Both the position numbers and the translations under genes were made by a program. Under the pieces are notes generated by a model, which made no database searches, was not told where the DNA came from, and saw nothing but the letters and a program-made list of their open reading frames with translations. From Ranitomeya imitator (Eukaryota), in the NCBI RefSeq assembly GCF_032444005.1, contig NC_091288.1, positions 213,280,001-213,344,000 of the forward strand: a stretch of 64,000 bases of DNA, in the 5' to 3' direction. Shown in pieces: positions 37,401 through 51,000 of the stretch (position 1 is the stretch's first letter; every line of letters begins with the position of its first letter).

Positions 37401-40400
37401 CTCTGTGCTGATGGGGACCCTCAGGACACCCCCCTCTGTCATGTGCAGCCTTATCCTCTACATCATACACCTCTGCTGTAACACTCTGTGCTGATGGGGA
37501 CCCTCCGTACACCCCCCTCTGTCATGTGCAGCCTTATCCTCCACATTATACACCTCTGCTGTAACACTCTGTGCTGCTGGGGACTCTCAGGACACCCCCT
37601 CTGTCATGTGCAGCGTTATCCTCTACATCATACACCTCTGCTGTAACACTCTGTGCTGCTGGGGACCCTCAGGACACCCCCTCTGTCATGTGCAGCCTTA
37701 TCCTCCACATTATACACCTCTGCTGTAACACTCTGTGCTGCTGGGGACTCTCAGGACACCCCCTCTGTCATGTGCAGCCTTATCCTCCACATTATACACC
37801 TCTGCTGTAACACTCTGTGCTGCTGGGGACCCTCAGGACACCCCCTCTGTCATGTGCAGCCTCATCTGTCACATTATCTTGATTTTGTGCTGAAATCCTC
37901 TGCGCTGCTGTGTCGGTTCTGATTTCTTTCTCTGTGCACTGTTCAGACCCGGAACCCCTCCATCGCGGTGTACTACACCAACCGCGCGCTGTGCTACCTG
38001 AAGATGCAGCAGCTGGACAAGGCGCTGGCGGACTGTAAGCACGCGCTGGAGCTGGACTGCCAGTCCGTCAAGGCGCACTTCTTCCTGGGGCAGTGCCAGA
38101 TGGAGATGGAGAACTACGACGAGGCCATCGCCAACCTGCAGAGAGGTGCGAGCCCAGCGGGCAGGAGGGAGAATTCCAATAATCCGGAATCTTGACAATC
38201 CCTTTAAATTACTGTTATAGTGATAAAAGCTTCCATACGTGTAGTTGTAGGAAAATAAATTATCTGGAAACCATCAGCAAGCAGGTCGATTGCTGCCAAG
38301 AAGCCTGATCAGTGTCTCCCCTATGGAGATGAGATCCGGCCATACTTGCTGATGGTTTCCACAGTAAATTTGACGCTAATGGTCTGTTTTCCGCAGCGTA
38401 CAGTCTGGCCAAGGAGCAGAGGCTGAACTTCGGAGACGACATCCCCAGCGCCTTGCGGATCGCCAAGAAGAAGCGGTGGAACAACATCGAGGAGCGGAGG
38501 ATCAACCAGGAGAACGAGCTGCACGCCTATCTCACCAAGCTGATCCTGGTGGAGAAGGAGAGGTGAGGAGCCGCCATCGCATGCACCGCCCTGTGCAGCG
38601 CCCCCCGCCGCCGATCACCCCTATAACCCTTTAGATGCCGCCTCCGACCTCTCGCCTGTTTCCACTTCACAGGGAGCTGGAAGAGACGAAGAGGAAACAC
38701 GAGGAGGAGAACGTGGAGGAGACCCGGAGCCGGGTCCAGCTGTCCGGAGTGGCCACCAAGCACGTAAGTCCCAGGGTGTACAGACGTCTGCCCCTCCCCC
38801 CCTGCACTGCGGAGCGCGCGGACCTGATTACGTGGCATGGGGTTAAACATTAATGAAGGTCGGAGGATAGACCTGCGTGTACCTGGTACGAGACAGGCGG
38901 CGGGCAACGCGCTCAGCGGTGCATATGAATACAGGCTATTGTTCACTGTTATCAGCCATTCTCTACACTGCTGCCCTTCTCGATTAGTGGTGTATATAAT
39001 ACAGGCTATTGTTCCCTGTTATCAGCCATTCTCTACACTGCAGCTCCTCTCTATTCTCTGACTCCCTGTGAACCCAGATAGTGCAAAATTACAGAGTTTC
39101 ACCCTTCCACTGACTTTCCGGGATTAAAGTAGCTGCAACTTCGGGGCTTCCAGGGCCGACTACGCCCCAACGGTGTCACCCCTTTTTGGCGGTCACCCAC
39201 AGAGAAGAGGTAACAACAAGCTTAGGGAAGCAGACAGTCCATTGAGGTACATGGCCAGGTGACCAGAGGGTCACAACCTGGCTTCTCCGAACATCTCCAT
39301 GGGGTCAGTTGACCGGATGGTCCCAATTCTGGCTTACTGAAACGTATCTATGGCTGCATAGTTCATCCTTCTCTGTTTTGCAGGTCAGCAAACCAGGTGG
39401 ACTTATACAATGGGTAATCAACATATTAGCAAACATGTATTCTTCAACATCCCTGTCCTCTAAAGATAGCAATACAATAAACGGTAGGAGCTGATATAAG
39501 TCAACTGTGACTCGTATGACAACAGTCTATGGTTCTTGACCCACTGAAGAAAAACACATAAATTCAATAGTCAACATTCAGACAGTAGCCTATGCCTCAT
39601 GGGCGACTGAAAATAGACATCTGGCCTAATTAAGATTGAATGCTGTGTTGTCACATTACTCCCCCATCTTGATTAGCCAGACATGATGGGATTATACTCA
39701 CCCTTCTCCTGGTCCTCGGCCTGACCTGGGTAACTTCTCATGTAATTGACGTGTCATTGTGTCCACACATGGCGTGCTCCGCATCCCGATTCCTGTATCA
39801 AATCCGACCGAGTGTTGGTGGTCTTGTATTCGAGCCGTCGAAGCAAGCACAACTCCTGTAGTTGAGTTTCCCGTTGAGGCTTTATATCCTCTCTGATCTT
39901 CTTCTCAAGGCTGAACTGGTGGGGTTAGATATATTGGTGTTTGAAACCTGCTGAGCATGCCTCACCTATGGTCTGTGTGTATGCCTCGCTGGTTGAGGAG
40001 CCCTTGGACAGTGTCTACAAACACCAGTCTTCTGCAGCTTCTCCGGGCTGAATAGTATCCCACTGCTGCAACAAAATGTGGAGACACGGGGGTCAGTGGG
40101 TGCTCACGTCCGCAGGCCCGAGAACGCATAGACCAGGGCTCATCCCACCACTCTCCTTTTCTGTGGGCAAAATACTACTCGGACAACACAGGGTGAGGGG
40201 AAAACAGCGTGGCAATACTTTATTGAACCACCAAACGGACAATAACACATAGAACAGTCCAAGAAAATAACCCAAGATGGCGCACACATTGAGTCGCCAG
40301 GATTAGAGCAGCTGGGACTTCTGGGCTTCCAGGGCTGACTACCCTACCTACTGCACCCCACTTTTGGCGGATGCCCACAGAGAGGAGGTGTCGACAAGCT

Positions 40401-43400
40401 TAGGAAGCTGACCATCCATTGAAGCACGTGGCCAGGTGACCTTAGGGTCACAACCTGGCCTCTCTGAACATCTCCGTGGGGCCAGGTGACCGGAGCGTCT
40501 CAATCCTGGCTTCCCAAAATGTCTCCATAGATTTAGTGATAGTCAATGGAGCAGATCTGTATCCTCCCAGCTAGTGCCATGGTGCTTAAGCTGGCATCCT
40601 GTAGAATGTCAAATGTGTTCCCCTTGATGATGCCTTGATTGTTCTGTAGAGAGACTTGGTGTCCTGGCAGCTGTTCTGCAGAGTCCCTCTTGATGGGGCC
40701 ATGGTGTTTTGCAGCTGTTCTGCAGAGTCCCTCTTGATGGGGCCATGGTGTTTTGCAGCTGTTCTGCAGAGTCCCTCTTGATGGGGCCATGGTGTTTTGC
40801 AGCTGTTCTGCAGAGTCCCTCTTGATGGGGCCATGGTGTTTTGCAGCTGTTCTGCAGAGTCCCTCTTGATGGGGCCATAGTGTTTTGCAGCTGTTCTGCA
40901 GAGTCCCTCTTGATGGGGCCATGGTGTCCTGGCAGCTGTTCTGCCGAATCTCTCTTGATGGGGCCATGGTGTCCCGGCAGCTGTTCTGCAGAGTCCCTCT
41001 TGATGGTGCCATGGTGTTATGCAGCTGTTCTGCAGAGTCCCTCTTGATGGGGCCATGGTGTCCCGGCAGCTGTTCTGCAGAATCCCTCTTGATGGGGCCA
41101 TGGTGTCCCGGCAGCTGTTCTGCAGAGTCCCTCTTGATGGGGCCATGGTGTCCTGGCAGCTGTTCTGCAGAGTCCCTCTTGATGGCGCCATGGTGTTTTG
41201 CAGCTGTTCTGCAGAGTCCCTCTTGATGGGGCCATGGTGTCCCGGCAGCTGTTCTGCAGAGTCCCTCTTGATGGGGCCATGGTGTCCTGGCAGCTGTTCT
41301 GCAGAGTCCCTCTTGATGGGGCCATGGTGTCCCGGCAGCTGTTCTGCAGAGTCCCTCTTGATGGTGCCATGATGTTATGCAGCTGTTCTGCAGAGTCCCT
41401 CTTGATGGGGCCATGGTGTCCCGGCAGCTGTTCTGCAGAATCCCTCTTGATGGGGCCATGGTGTCCCGGCAGCTGTTCTGCAGAGTCCCTCTTGATGGGG
41501 CCATGGTGTTTTGCAGCTGTTCTGCAGAGTCCCTCTTGATGGTGCCATGGTGTTATGCAGCTGTTCTGCAGAGTCCCTCTTGATGGGGCCATGGTGTCCC
41601 GGCAGCTGTTCTGCAGAATCCCTCTTGATGGGGCCATGGTGTCCCGGCAGCTGTTCTGCAGAGTCCCTCTTGATGGGGCCATGGTGTCCTGGCAGCTGTT
41701 CTGCAGAGTCCCTCTTGATGGCGCCATGGTGTTTTGCAGCTGATCTGCAGAGTCCCTCTTGATGGGGCCATGGTGTCCCGGCAGCTGTTCTGCAGAGTCC
41801 CTCTTGATGGGGCCATGATGTCCCGGCAGCTGTTCTGCAGAGTCCCTCTTGATGGGGCCATGGTGTCCTGGCAGCTGTTCTGCAGAGTCCCTCTTGATGG
41901 GGCCATGGTGTCCCGGCAGCTGTTCTGCAGAGTCCCTCTTGATGGTGCCATGATGTTATGCAGCTGTTCTGCAGAGTCCCTCTTGATGGGGCCATGGTGT
42001 CCCGGCAGCTGTTCTGCAGAATCCCTCTTGATGGGGCCATGGTGTCCCGGCAGCTGTTCTGCAGAGTCCCTCTTGATGGGGCCATGGTGTCCCGGCAGCT
42101 GTTCTGCAGAGTCCCTCTTGATGGGGCCATGGTGTCCCGGCAGCTGTTCTGCAGAGTCCCTCTTGATGGGGCCATGGTGTCCCGGCAGCTGTTCTGCAGA
42201 GTCCCTCTTGATGGGGCCATGGTGTCCCGGCAGCTGTTCTGCAGAGTCCCTCTTGATGGGGCCATGGTGTCCTGGCAGCTGTTCTGCAGAGTCCCTCTTG
42301 ATGGGGCCATGGTGTCCCGGCAGCTGTTCTGCAGAGTCCCTCTTGATGGTGCCATGATGTTATGCAGCTGTTCTGCAGAGTCCCTCTTGATGGGGCCATG
42401 GTGTCCCGGCAGCTGTTCTGCAGAATCCCTCTTGATGGGGCCATGGTGTCCCGGCAGCTGTTCTGCAGAGTCCCTCTTGATGGGGCCATGGTGTCCCGGC
42501 AGCTGTTCTGCAGAGTCCCTCTTGATGGGGCCATGGTGTCCCGGCAGCTGTTCTGCAGAGTCCCTCTTGATGGGGCCATGGTGTCCCGGCAGCTGTTCTG
42601 CAGAGTCCCTCTTGATGGGGCCATGGTGTCCCGGCAGCTGTTCTGCAGAGTCCCTCTTGATGGGGCCATGGTGTCCCGGCAGCTGTTCTGCAGAGTCCCT
42701 CTTGATGGGGCCATGGTGTCCCGGCAGCTGTTCTGCAGAGTCCCTCTTGATGGGGCCATGGTGTCCCGGCAGCTGTTCTGCAGAGTCCCTCTTGATGGGG
42801 CCATGGTGTCCCGGCAGCTGTTCTGCAGAGTCCCTCTTGATGGGGCCATGGTGTCCCGGCAGCTGTTCTGCAGAGTCCCTCTTGATGGGGACATGGTGTC
42901 CCGGCAGCTGTTCTGCAGAGTCCCTCTTGATGGGGCCATGGTGTCCCGGCAGCTGTTCTGCAGAGTCCCTCTTCATGCGGCCATGGTGTCCCGGCAGCTG
43001 TTCTGTAGATTGTTCCTGGAAACAGAGGCAGATCACCTTTTATAGTTCACAGCTCTTATTAAATCATTTCTCCACAGGATTGGGGGAACTTGGCATGAGA
43101 TAATTTCGCATTGTTGGAGGGTTCATAGTTTATGCTTCAGTGTTTGAGGGTCAACAAACTGCATGGCCCGGTACAATGGGTAATCAACATATTATCAAAC
43201 ATCGATTGTTCAATGTCCCTGTCCTCCAAAGATGGCAGACAATAACCTCTAGGCGCTGATATAAGAGGTAAACAGCAGCCATTCACAAACCTCAATTCAA
43301 GAATTAACTTTTACGAACAATAGTCTGTGTTTATTGACCAACTGAAGAAAAACAGAAATTCAACAGTCAACGTTGAACCAATAGCCTATGTCTCCTGGCT

Positions 43401-43942
43401 TAATTATGATTAATTGCTGTGTTGTCACACTCCCCTTTCTTTTGTGAGCAGGACAAACATTTGGCAGAAATGGACGAACTCTTCTCCCAAGTGGATGAGA
43501 GACGTAAGGTGAGATCCCGAGGGCTGGGAGGCCGGCGGCCATGTTGGTTGACCCCACCTTCCCAGCTCGCCCCATTGTCACTCACCCCATTGTTTCTCTT
43601 TGTGACTAGAAGCGAGACATCCCGGACTACCTCTGCGGGAAGATCAGCTTTGAGCTGATGCGGGAGCCGTGTATAACCCCCAGCGGAATCACCTACGACA
43701 GGAAGGACATCGAGGAGCACCTCCAGGTAAGAGGGATGATGGGGGGGGGGATGAACCGGGGTCAGCGTGGACCCCCCCACTTCCTGACTGATGGTAAATC
43801 ATCTATTTTCCTGCAGAGAGTGGGACACTTTGATCCGGTGACCCGGAGCCCCCTGACCCAGGATCAGCTGATCCCGAACCTCGCCATGAAGGAGGTGATC
43901 GACGCCTTCATATCGGAGAACGGTTGGGTGGAGGACTATTAG
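34435..43942 (+). CDS. STUB1: E3 ubiquitin-protein ligase CHIP (TPR + U-box), 312 aa
   Basis: Exons 34435-34617, 37947-38145, 38397-38562, 38673-38763, 43452-43508, 43610-43726 and 43817-43942 (TAG), 939 nt, GT-AG, in phase. [86 protein letters not shown] matches CHIP. An acceptor at 34371-34372 suggests an upstream non-coding exon. Confidence 0.98.
34766..37870. repeat. 82-bp satellite in the first coding intron of STUB1, about 38 units
   Basis: ORF starts recur every 82 nt (34943, 35025, 35107...). Unit CTGTAACACTCTGTGCTGCTGGGGACCCTCAGGACACCCCCTCTGTCATGTGCAGCCTTATCCTCCACATCATACACCTCTG. Confidence 0.97.
39790..40295 (-). mobile_element. Decayed LTR-retrotransposon 5' fragment (LTR end, primer-binding site, start of gag)
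   Basis: Minus strand: AATAAA in an LTR-like segment, a ..CA end at 40077, then the PBS-like TTTTGTTGCAGCAGTGGGAT (40076-40057), then [23 protein letters not shown], which resembles Gypsy gag N-termini. Confidence 0.5.
40655..43010. repeat. 45-bp (44/45) satellite GAGTCCCTCTTGATGGGGCCATGGTGTCCCGGCAGCTGTTCTGCA in STUB1 intron 4
   Basis: About 52 units. Degenerate proto-units at 40570-40655. Confidence 0.97.
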
Positions 43943-44785
43943 CGGGGCGCTCCCCCAGCGGTGGCTCATATTCGGAGGTGTCCGGCAGTGGCGGCGGAGC
44001 GACGTAACGTGCCTGTTTTGCCTTCATGCCTTACTTGTCCCGCTCACGCCCATCGCTGTCCACCCGTCGTAGATCACAAACCCGGACCTCTTCTCGGGGC
44101 CGTTCTCATCTCTCTCCTCTCCGGGGCTGCTCTCGTTTCATCTCTCTCCTCGCTGCTGGTCACCAATGAATCCAAGCGAGAGATCAGACATGGATTTCTG
44201 CAGAGCGCGAGGACTACGCCAATATGGCCGCCGGCATACCCAGTGTTATTATGCTTTGTGGATGAAAACTCGACACTAGATGGCACCACAGATAATTATT
44301 TACAGCCCAGTTGCATCCTGGGACAGACATGCTGGAAATTGTAGTTCCACAACAGGCGGTCACTAACCTGCTATAGACAGTGCCCCCACCCCCCACTATA
44401 TCTCTCTTCCTTGTACATAGGTGATGTAAATAGGTCCCAGTGTCCGTGCGGCTGCAGGACCGTCCACCTTTACGACCGATGAGTATCCGGACACGCAGGG
44501 TCTGGCGGGAGGGTCGGGGTAGTGTGTCGGCTTCTCCTGTGAATGCACAGTGCAAATATTAAAGCGGTTATGCGGATGCTTTGCGGCTGGAGAGTCCCGT
44601 TGTTTCTGGAGGTGGGGGGTGTCCTCGGAGGAGACAGTCAGTATGGCCGCACATCCCTGCCGACTGTCACCACTGCCCATACACGGTCATGCGATGATCC
44701 CTTTAAGCTGTCGGTGACCAAAACCTCGTTCACTCCGAGACTTTTTTTTAAATTCATTTTTACTACAGAAGAAAATTCCGTCATC

Positions 44786-44791
44786 AATAAA
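44786..44791 (+). terminator. Candidate STUB1 poly(A) signal
   Basis: AATAAA about 840 nt after the stop codon. An alternative ATTAAA lies at 44558-44563. Confidence 0.55.
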
Positions 44792-45016
44792 AATCCTTAA
44801 ACTTTAAAACCTGAAAACCGAAAAATCCAAACTAAAAAAAAGTGCAAAAGTTGTTCGCTATGAGCAGCCACCATGTCAGTCCGGGGGGCCTCGGTGCTTC
44901 CCCCCGCCGGTCAGCATGAAGGGGACTCCGCTGATCACGCCGCTCGTCGCAGTGGTCAGCCTGCGCTCTGAGGTCTCTGGTTGTCGTACAGCAGAACGGT
45001 GGTAATGGGGGAGTCT

Positions 45017-48000
45017 CTACCCCAGGAACGTGGAGATGAAGACGCTAGTGTCCAGGTTCAGGGTGGCGTGCCACCAGCGGTCCGGGAAGTAGAGGACCTG
45101 AGGGAAGGACGAGAGCGGAGATCACTGGCCAAATACAAGACCCCAAGGGTTTCCGCCTGCACTGCATTCCCCATCCCCCGCCATCCATACAATAATGCCC
45201 TCACCTCTTCACTGCCCACAATCATCCCACCCGCTCTCTATGACCCACCATACTGCCGTCATCCTACTCGCTCTCTACACCACCATACTGCCGTCATCCT
45301 ACTCGCTCTCTACACCACCATACTGCCGTCATCCTACTCGCTCTCTACACCACCATACTGCCGTCATCCTACTCGCTCTCTACACCACCATACTGCCGTC
45401 ATCCTGCTCGCTCTCTACACCACCATACTGCCGTCATCCTACTCGCTCTCTACACCACCATACTGCCGTCATCCTGCTCGCTCTCTACACCACCATACTG
45501 CCGTCATCCTGCTCGCTCTCTACACCACCATACTGCTGTCATCCTGCTCGCTATTTATGACACCATACTGCCGTCATCCTACTCGCTCTCTACACCACCA
45601 TACTGCCGTCATCCTACTCGCTCTCTACACCACCATACTGCCGTCATCCTGCTCGCTCTCTACACCACCATACTGCCGTCATCCTGCTCGCTCTCTACAC
45701 CACCATACTGCTGTCATCCTGCTCGCTATTTATGACACCATACTGCCGTCATCCTGCTCGCTCTCTACACCACCATACTGCCGTCATCCTGCTCGCTCTC
45801 TACACCACCATACTGCCGTCATCCTGCTCGCTCTCTACTCCACCATACTGCCGTCATCCTGCTCGCTCTCTACACCACCATACTGCCGTCTTCCTGCTCG
45901 CTCTCTACACCACCATACTGCCGTCATCCTGCTCGCTCTCTACACCACCATACTGCCGTCTTCCTGCTCGCTCTCTACACCACCATACTGCCGTCATCTT
46001 GTTCGCTATTTACGACACCATACTGCCATCATCTTACTCGCTCTTTGGGACACAACCATACTGCCATCATCCTACTCGCTCTCTACACCACCATACTGCC
46101 ATCATCCTACTCGCTCTCTACACCACCATACTGCCGTCTTCCTACTCGCTCTCTACACCACCATACTGCCGTCTTCCTACTCGCTCTCTACACCACCATA
46201 CTGCCGTCATCCTACTCGCTCTCTACACCACCATACTGCCGTCATCCTGCTCGCTCTCTACACCACCATACTGCCGTCATCCTGCTCGCTCTCTACACCA
46301 CCATGCTGCCGTCATCTTGTTCGCTATTTACGACACCATACTGCCATCATCTTACTCGCTCTTTGGGACACAACCATACTGCCATCATCCTACTCGCTCT
46401 CTACACCACCATACTGCCATCATCCTACTCGCTCTCTACACCACCATACTGCCGTCATCCTGCTCGCTCTCTACTCCACCATACTGCCGTCATCCTACTC
46501 GCTCTCTACACCACCATACTGCCGTCATCCTGCTCGCTCTCTACACCACCATACTGCCGTCATCCTGCTCGCTCTCTACACCACCATGCTGCCGTCATCT
46601 TGTTCGCTATTTACGACACCATACTGCCATCATCTTACTCGCTCTTTGGGACACAACCATAATGCCATCATCCTACTCGCTCTCTACTCCACCATACTGC
46701 CATCATCTTACTCGCTCTCTACACCACCATACTGCCGTCTTCCTACTCGCTCTCTACACCACCATACTGCCGTCATCCTACTCGCTCTCTACACCACCAT
46801 ACTGCCATCATCTTACTCGCTCTCTACACCACCATACTGCCGTCTTCCTACTCGCTCTCTACACCACCATACTGCCGTCATCCTACTCGCTCTCTACACC
46901 ACCATACTGCCATCATCCTACTCGCTCTCTACACCACCATACTGCCGTCTTCCTACTCGCTCTCTACACCACCATGCTGCCGTCTTCCTACTCGCTCTCT
47001 ACACCACCATGCTGCCGTCTTCCTACTCGCTCTCTACACCACCATGCTGCCGTCTTCCTACTCGCTCTCTACACCACCATACTGCCGTCATCCTGCTCGC
47101 TCTCTACACCACCATACTGCCGTCTTCCTGCTCGCTCTCTACACCACCATACTGCCGTCATCCTACTCGCTCTCTACACCACCATGCTGCCGTCTTCCTA
47201 CTCGCTCTCTACACCATAATGCGGCAGGCATCCTGCTCGTTCTTTATGCTGTCATCCTACTCGCTTTCTAGGATCCCACCATACTGCCGTCATCCTGTTT
47301 GCAACACCACCATACTGCCGACATCACGCTCGCTTTCTACGACCCCACCACATTGCCGTTGTCCGGCTCGCTCTTTACGACCTCACCATACTGCCGTCGT
47401 CCCTCTCGCTCTCTACGACCCCTCACATCCTGGTGTTATACAGCTCGCGCTCTACGACCCCACTACACTGCCATCATCCCGTTCCTCTCTACAACCCCAC
47501 CATACTGCCGTCATCCCACTTGCTCTCTACAACCCCCCATCCTGCCCTCATCCAGCTTGCTCTTTGACCCCCCTATCCTGCGTCATCCCGTACGCTCTCT
47601 ACAACCTAACCATACTGCCGTCATCCCACTTGCTCTCTACGAGCCCCCATCCAGCTTGCTCTCTATGACTCCACTATCCTGCTGTTGTCTCACTCGCTCT
47701 ACTGACCCCCGCATCTTGCAAGTCATCCCGCTAGCTTTCTACGACCTCTCGCATCTTGGCGTCATCCCACTCGCTCTCTACGACCCCACCATACTGCCAT
47801 CATTTCAGTCACTCTCTATGACCCCCAAATTCTGCCTTCATCCTGCTCACTCTGTACAACCCCTCCATCCTGCTGTCATCCCGGTCCCTCTCTACATCCC
47901 ACCCATCCTGCTGTCCTCCCGCTTGCTCTCTACGAACCCCCCATCCTTTTGTCATTCTGTTCGCTCTCTACCATACTGCCATCATCACATTCGCTTTCTA

Positions 48001-51000
48001 CGACCCCTCACATCCTGGCATCATCCCGCTCACGTTCTACAACCCCTCACATCTTGGTGTCATCCCGCTCTACGACCCCACCATACTGCTGTCATCCCGC
48101 TCGCTCTCTACATCCCACCCATGCTGTTGTCATCCCGCTTGCTCGCTACATCCCCCCCATCCTGCCGTTATCCCACCTGCTTTCTGCCCCCTCCTCACAT
48201 CCAGACACTATGTTGCCTCCTTGCGCTCTCCTTCACCCCTCGCCCTCCGGTCCTCACCTCTCCGGGTCGGATCGTGCACTCTATAGGACGTTCTGCTGCC
48301 GGTAGTAGCGGGTACGTCTCCAGCATCCAGGACAGTGTGGTCCTGTTAGGGTTAAATTCGGGGGTCTTGTCGGGTGGGTAAAGGAACCAGCGCTGCGGGA
48401 AGGAAGGACTTTAATTAATCTGTAAGACATAATTGGAGCAGCTCCCGGTGTGGGGGGCACTCACCTTCCTGCCGTATATCACCTCGGAGTACCCTGGCCC
48501 GTGCCAGTGGAAGGGAACGCCCGTGCCCGAACCTGTGGGAGAGCCGGGGTCATTTATTTGTTCATAGCACATGGGTGCCATAACTTCCCGGGAGTCTCCC
48601 GGCCGCCAGCGTTTGTCGGGGGCCCTGGATTTGTGGTTCTCGGTGCCATTTTTTTTATCACGTCACTTACCAGCTATCCCAAAGCTGTAGGCCCCGGCCG
48701 TGCCAGGCAGGGTGAACGGAGGAGGGGCGTATTTCTGAAACAGAGACCCCCATTCTGTGAAGTTATTGTCACCAAAGAAATACAAAGTATCTGCAGGGTA
48801 AACGAGGATTTGTTAGTGGTGACCGGGGGTCCTGTGCATGTCTCCCATACCCTACAGTCATCACGTCACCGGTACGGGTATAACTCACCCACACCCAGAG
48901 AGTCCAGGTCCTGGGGGCCGAGGAGGCGAGAGACGTAATCCTGGAAAGGGACATCCACTGGGGAGAAGGGAGGCCGACGTTATACATACACGAGACCCCC
49001 GAGGAGGCTGGGACACAAGATCATGAGGCCCCTTCCTCCAACGTATCCTCTGTTATACACGCTCCTGTACGCTACGGCCACCTCCATTATACTCCTGTCC
49101 TGTATTCTGCGGCCCCCTCTTCTATTATATCCCGGTCCTGTACACTGCGACCCCCCCTCCTCTATTATACCCCGGTCCTGTACACTGCGGCCCCCTCCTC
49201 TATTATACCCCGGTCCTGTACACTGTGGCCCCCTCCTCTATTATACCCCGGTCCTGTACACTGCGGCCCCCCTCCTCTATTATACTTCTGTCCTGTACAC
49301 TGCGGCCCCCCTCCTCTATTATACCCCGGTCCTGTATTCTGCGGCCCCCTCCTCTATTATACTTCTGTCCTGTACACTGCGGCCCCCCTCCTCTATTATA
49401 CCCCGGTCCTGTACACTGCGGCCCCCCTCCTCTATTATACTTCTGTCCTGTACACTGCGGCCCCCCTCCTCTATTATACCCCGGTCCTGTATTCTGCGGC
49501 CCCCTCCTCTATTATACTTCTGTCCTGTACACTGCGGCCCCCCTCCTCTATTATACCCCGGTCCTGTACACTGCGGCCCCCTCCTCTATTATACCCCGGT
49601 CCTGTACACTGCGGCCCCCTCCTCTATTATACCCCGGTCCTGTACACTGCGGCCCCCCTCCTCTATTATACTCCTGTCCTGTACACTCTCTATTACCTCT
49701 ATTATACCCGGTCCTGTACACTGCGACCCCCCTCCTTTATTATACCCCGGTCCTGTACACTGCGACCCCCTCCTCTATTATACCCTGGTCCTGTACACTG
49801 CGGCCCCCTCCTCCATTATACTCCTGTCCTGTACACTGCGGCCCCCCTCCTCTATTATACCCGGTCCTGTATTCTGCGGCCCCCTCCTCCATTATACCCC
49901 GGTCCTGTATTCTGCGGCCCCCATCTCCATTATACCCCAGTCCTGTATTCTGCGGCCCCCTCTTCCATTATACCCCGGTCCTGTATTATGCGGCCCCCTC
50001 CTCTATTATACCCCGGTCCTGTACACTGCGGCCCCCTCCTCTATTATACCCCGGTCCTGTACACTGCGGCCCCCTCCTCTATTATACCCCGGTCCTGTAC
50101 ACTGCGGCCCCCTCCTCTATTATACCCCGGTCCTGTACACTGCGGCCCCCCTCCTCTATTATACTCCTGTCCTGTACACTGCGGCCCCCCTCCTCTATTA
50201 TACCCCGGTCCTGTACACTGCGGCCCCCTCCTCTATTATACCCCGGTCCTGTACACTGCGGCCCCCTCCTCTATTATACCCCGGTCCTGTACACTGCGGC
50301 CCCCTCCTCTATTATACCCCGGTCCTGTACACTGCGGCCCCCTCCTCTATTATACCCCGGTCCTGTACACTGCGGCCCCCCTCCTCTATTATACCCCGGT
50401 CCTGTACACTGCGGCCCCCCTCCTCTATTATACCCCGGTCCTGTACACTGCGGCCCCCCTCCTCTATTATACCCCGGTCCTGTACACTGCGGCCCCCCTC
50501 CTCTATTATACCCCGGTCCTGTACACTGCGGCCCCCCTCCTCTATTATACCCCGGTCCTGTACACTGCGGCCCCCCTCCTCTATTATACTCCTGTCCTGT
50601 ACACTGCGGCCCCCCTCCTCTATTATACTCCTGTCCTGTACACTCTCTATTACCTCTATTATACCCGGTCCTGTACACTGCGACCCCCCTCCTTTATTAT
50701 ACCCCGGTCCTGTACACTGCGACCCCCTCCTCTATTATACCCTGGTCCTGTACACTGCGGCCCCCTCCTCCATTATACTCCTGTCCTGTACACTGCGGCC
50801 CCCCTCCTCTATTATACCCGGTCCTGTATTCTGCGGCCCCCTCCTCCATTATACCCCGGTCCTGTATTCTGCGGCCCCCATCTCCATTATACCCCAGTCC
50901 TGTATTCTGCGGCCCCCTCTTCCATTATACCCCGGTCCTGTATTATGCGGCCCCCTCCTCTATTATACCCCGGTCCTGTACACTGCGGCCCCCTCCTCTA

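Noticed and set aside
39130-39480. Short shared minus-strand peptide (SLEDRD.E..MF.NMLITHC) in the duplicated intron segments
   Set aside because: Multiple stops and frameshifts, with mixed synonymous and non-synonymous changes. There is not enough evidence for a gene, and it may be an old transposon ORF.
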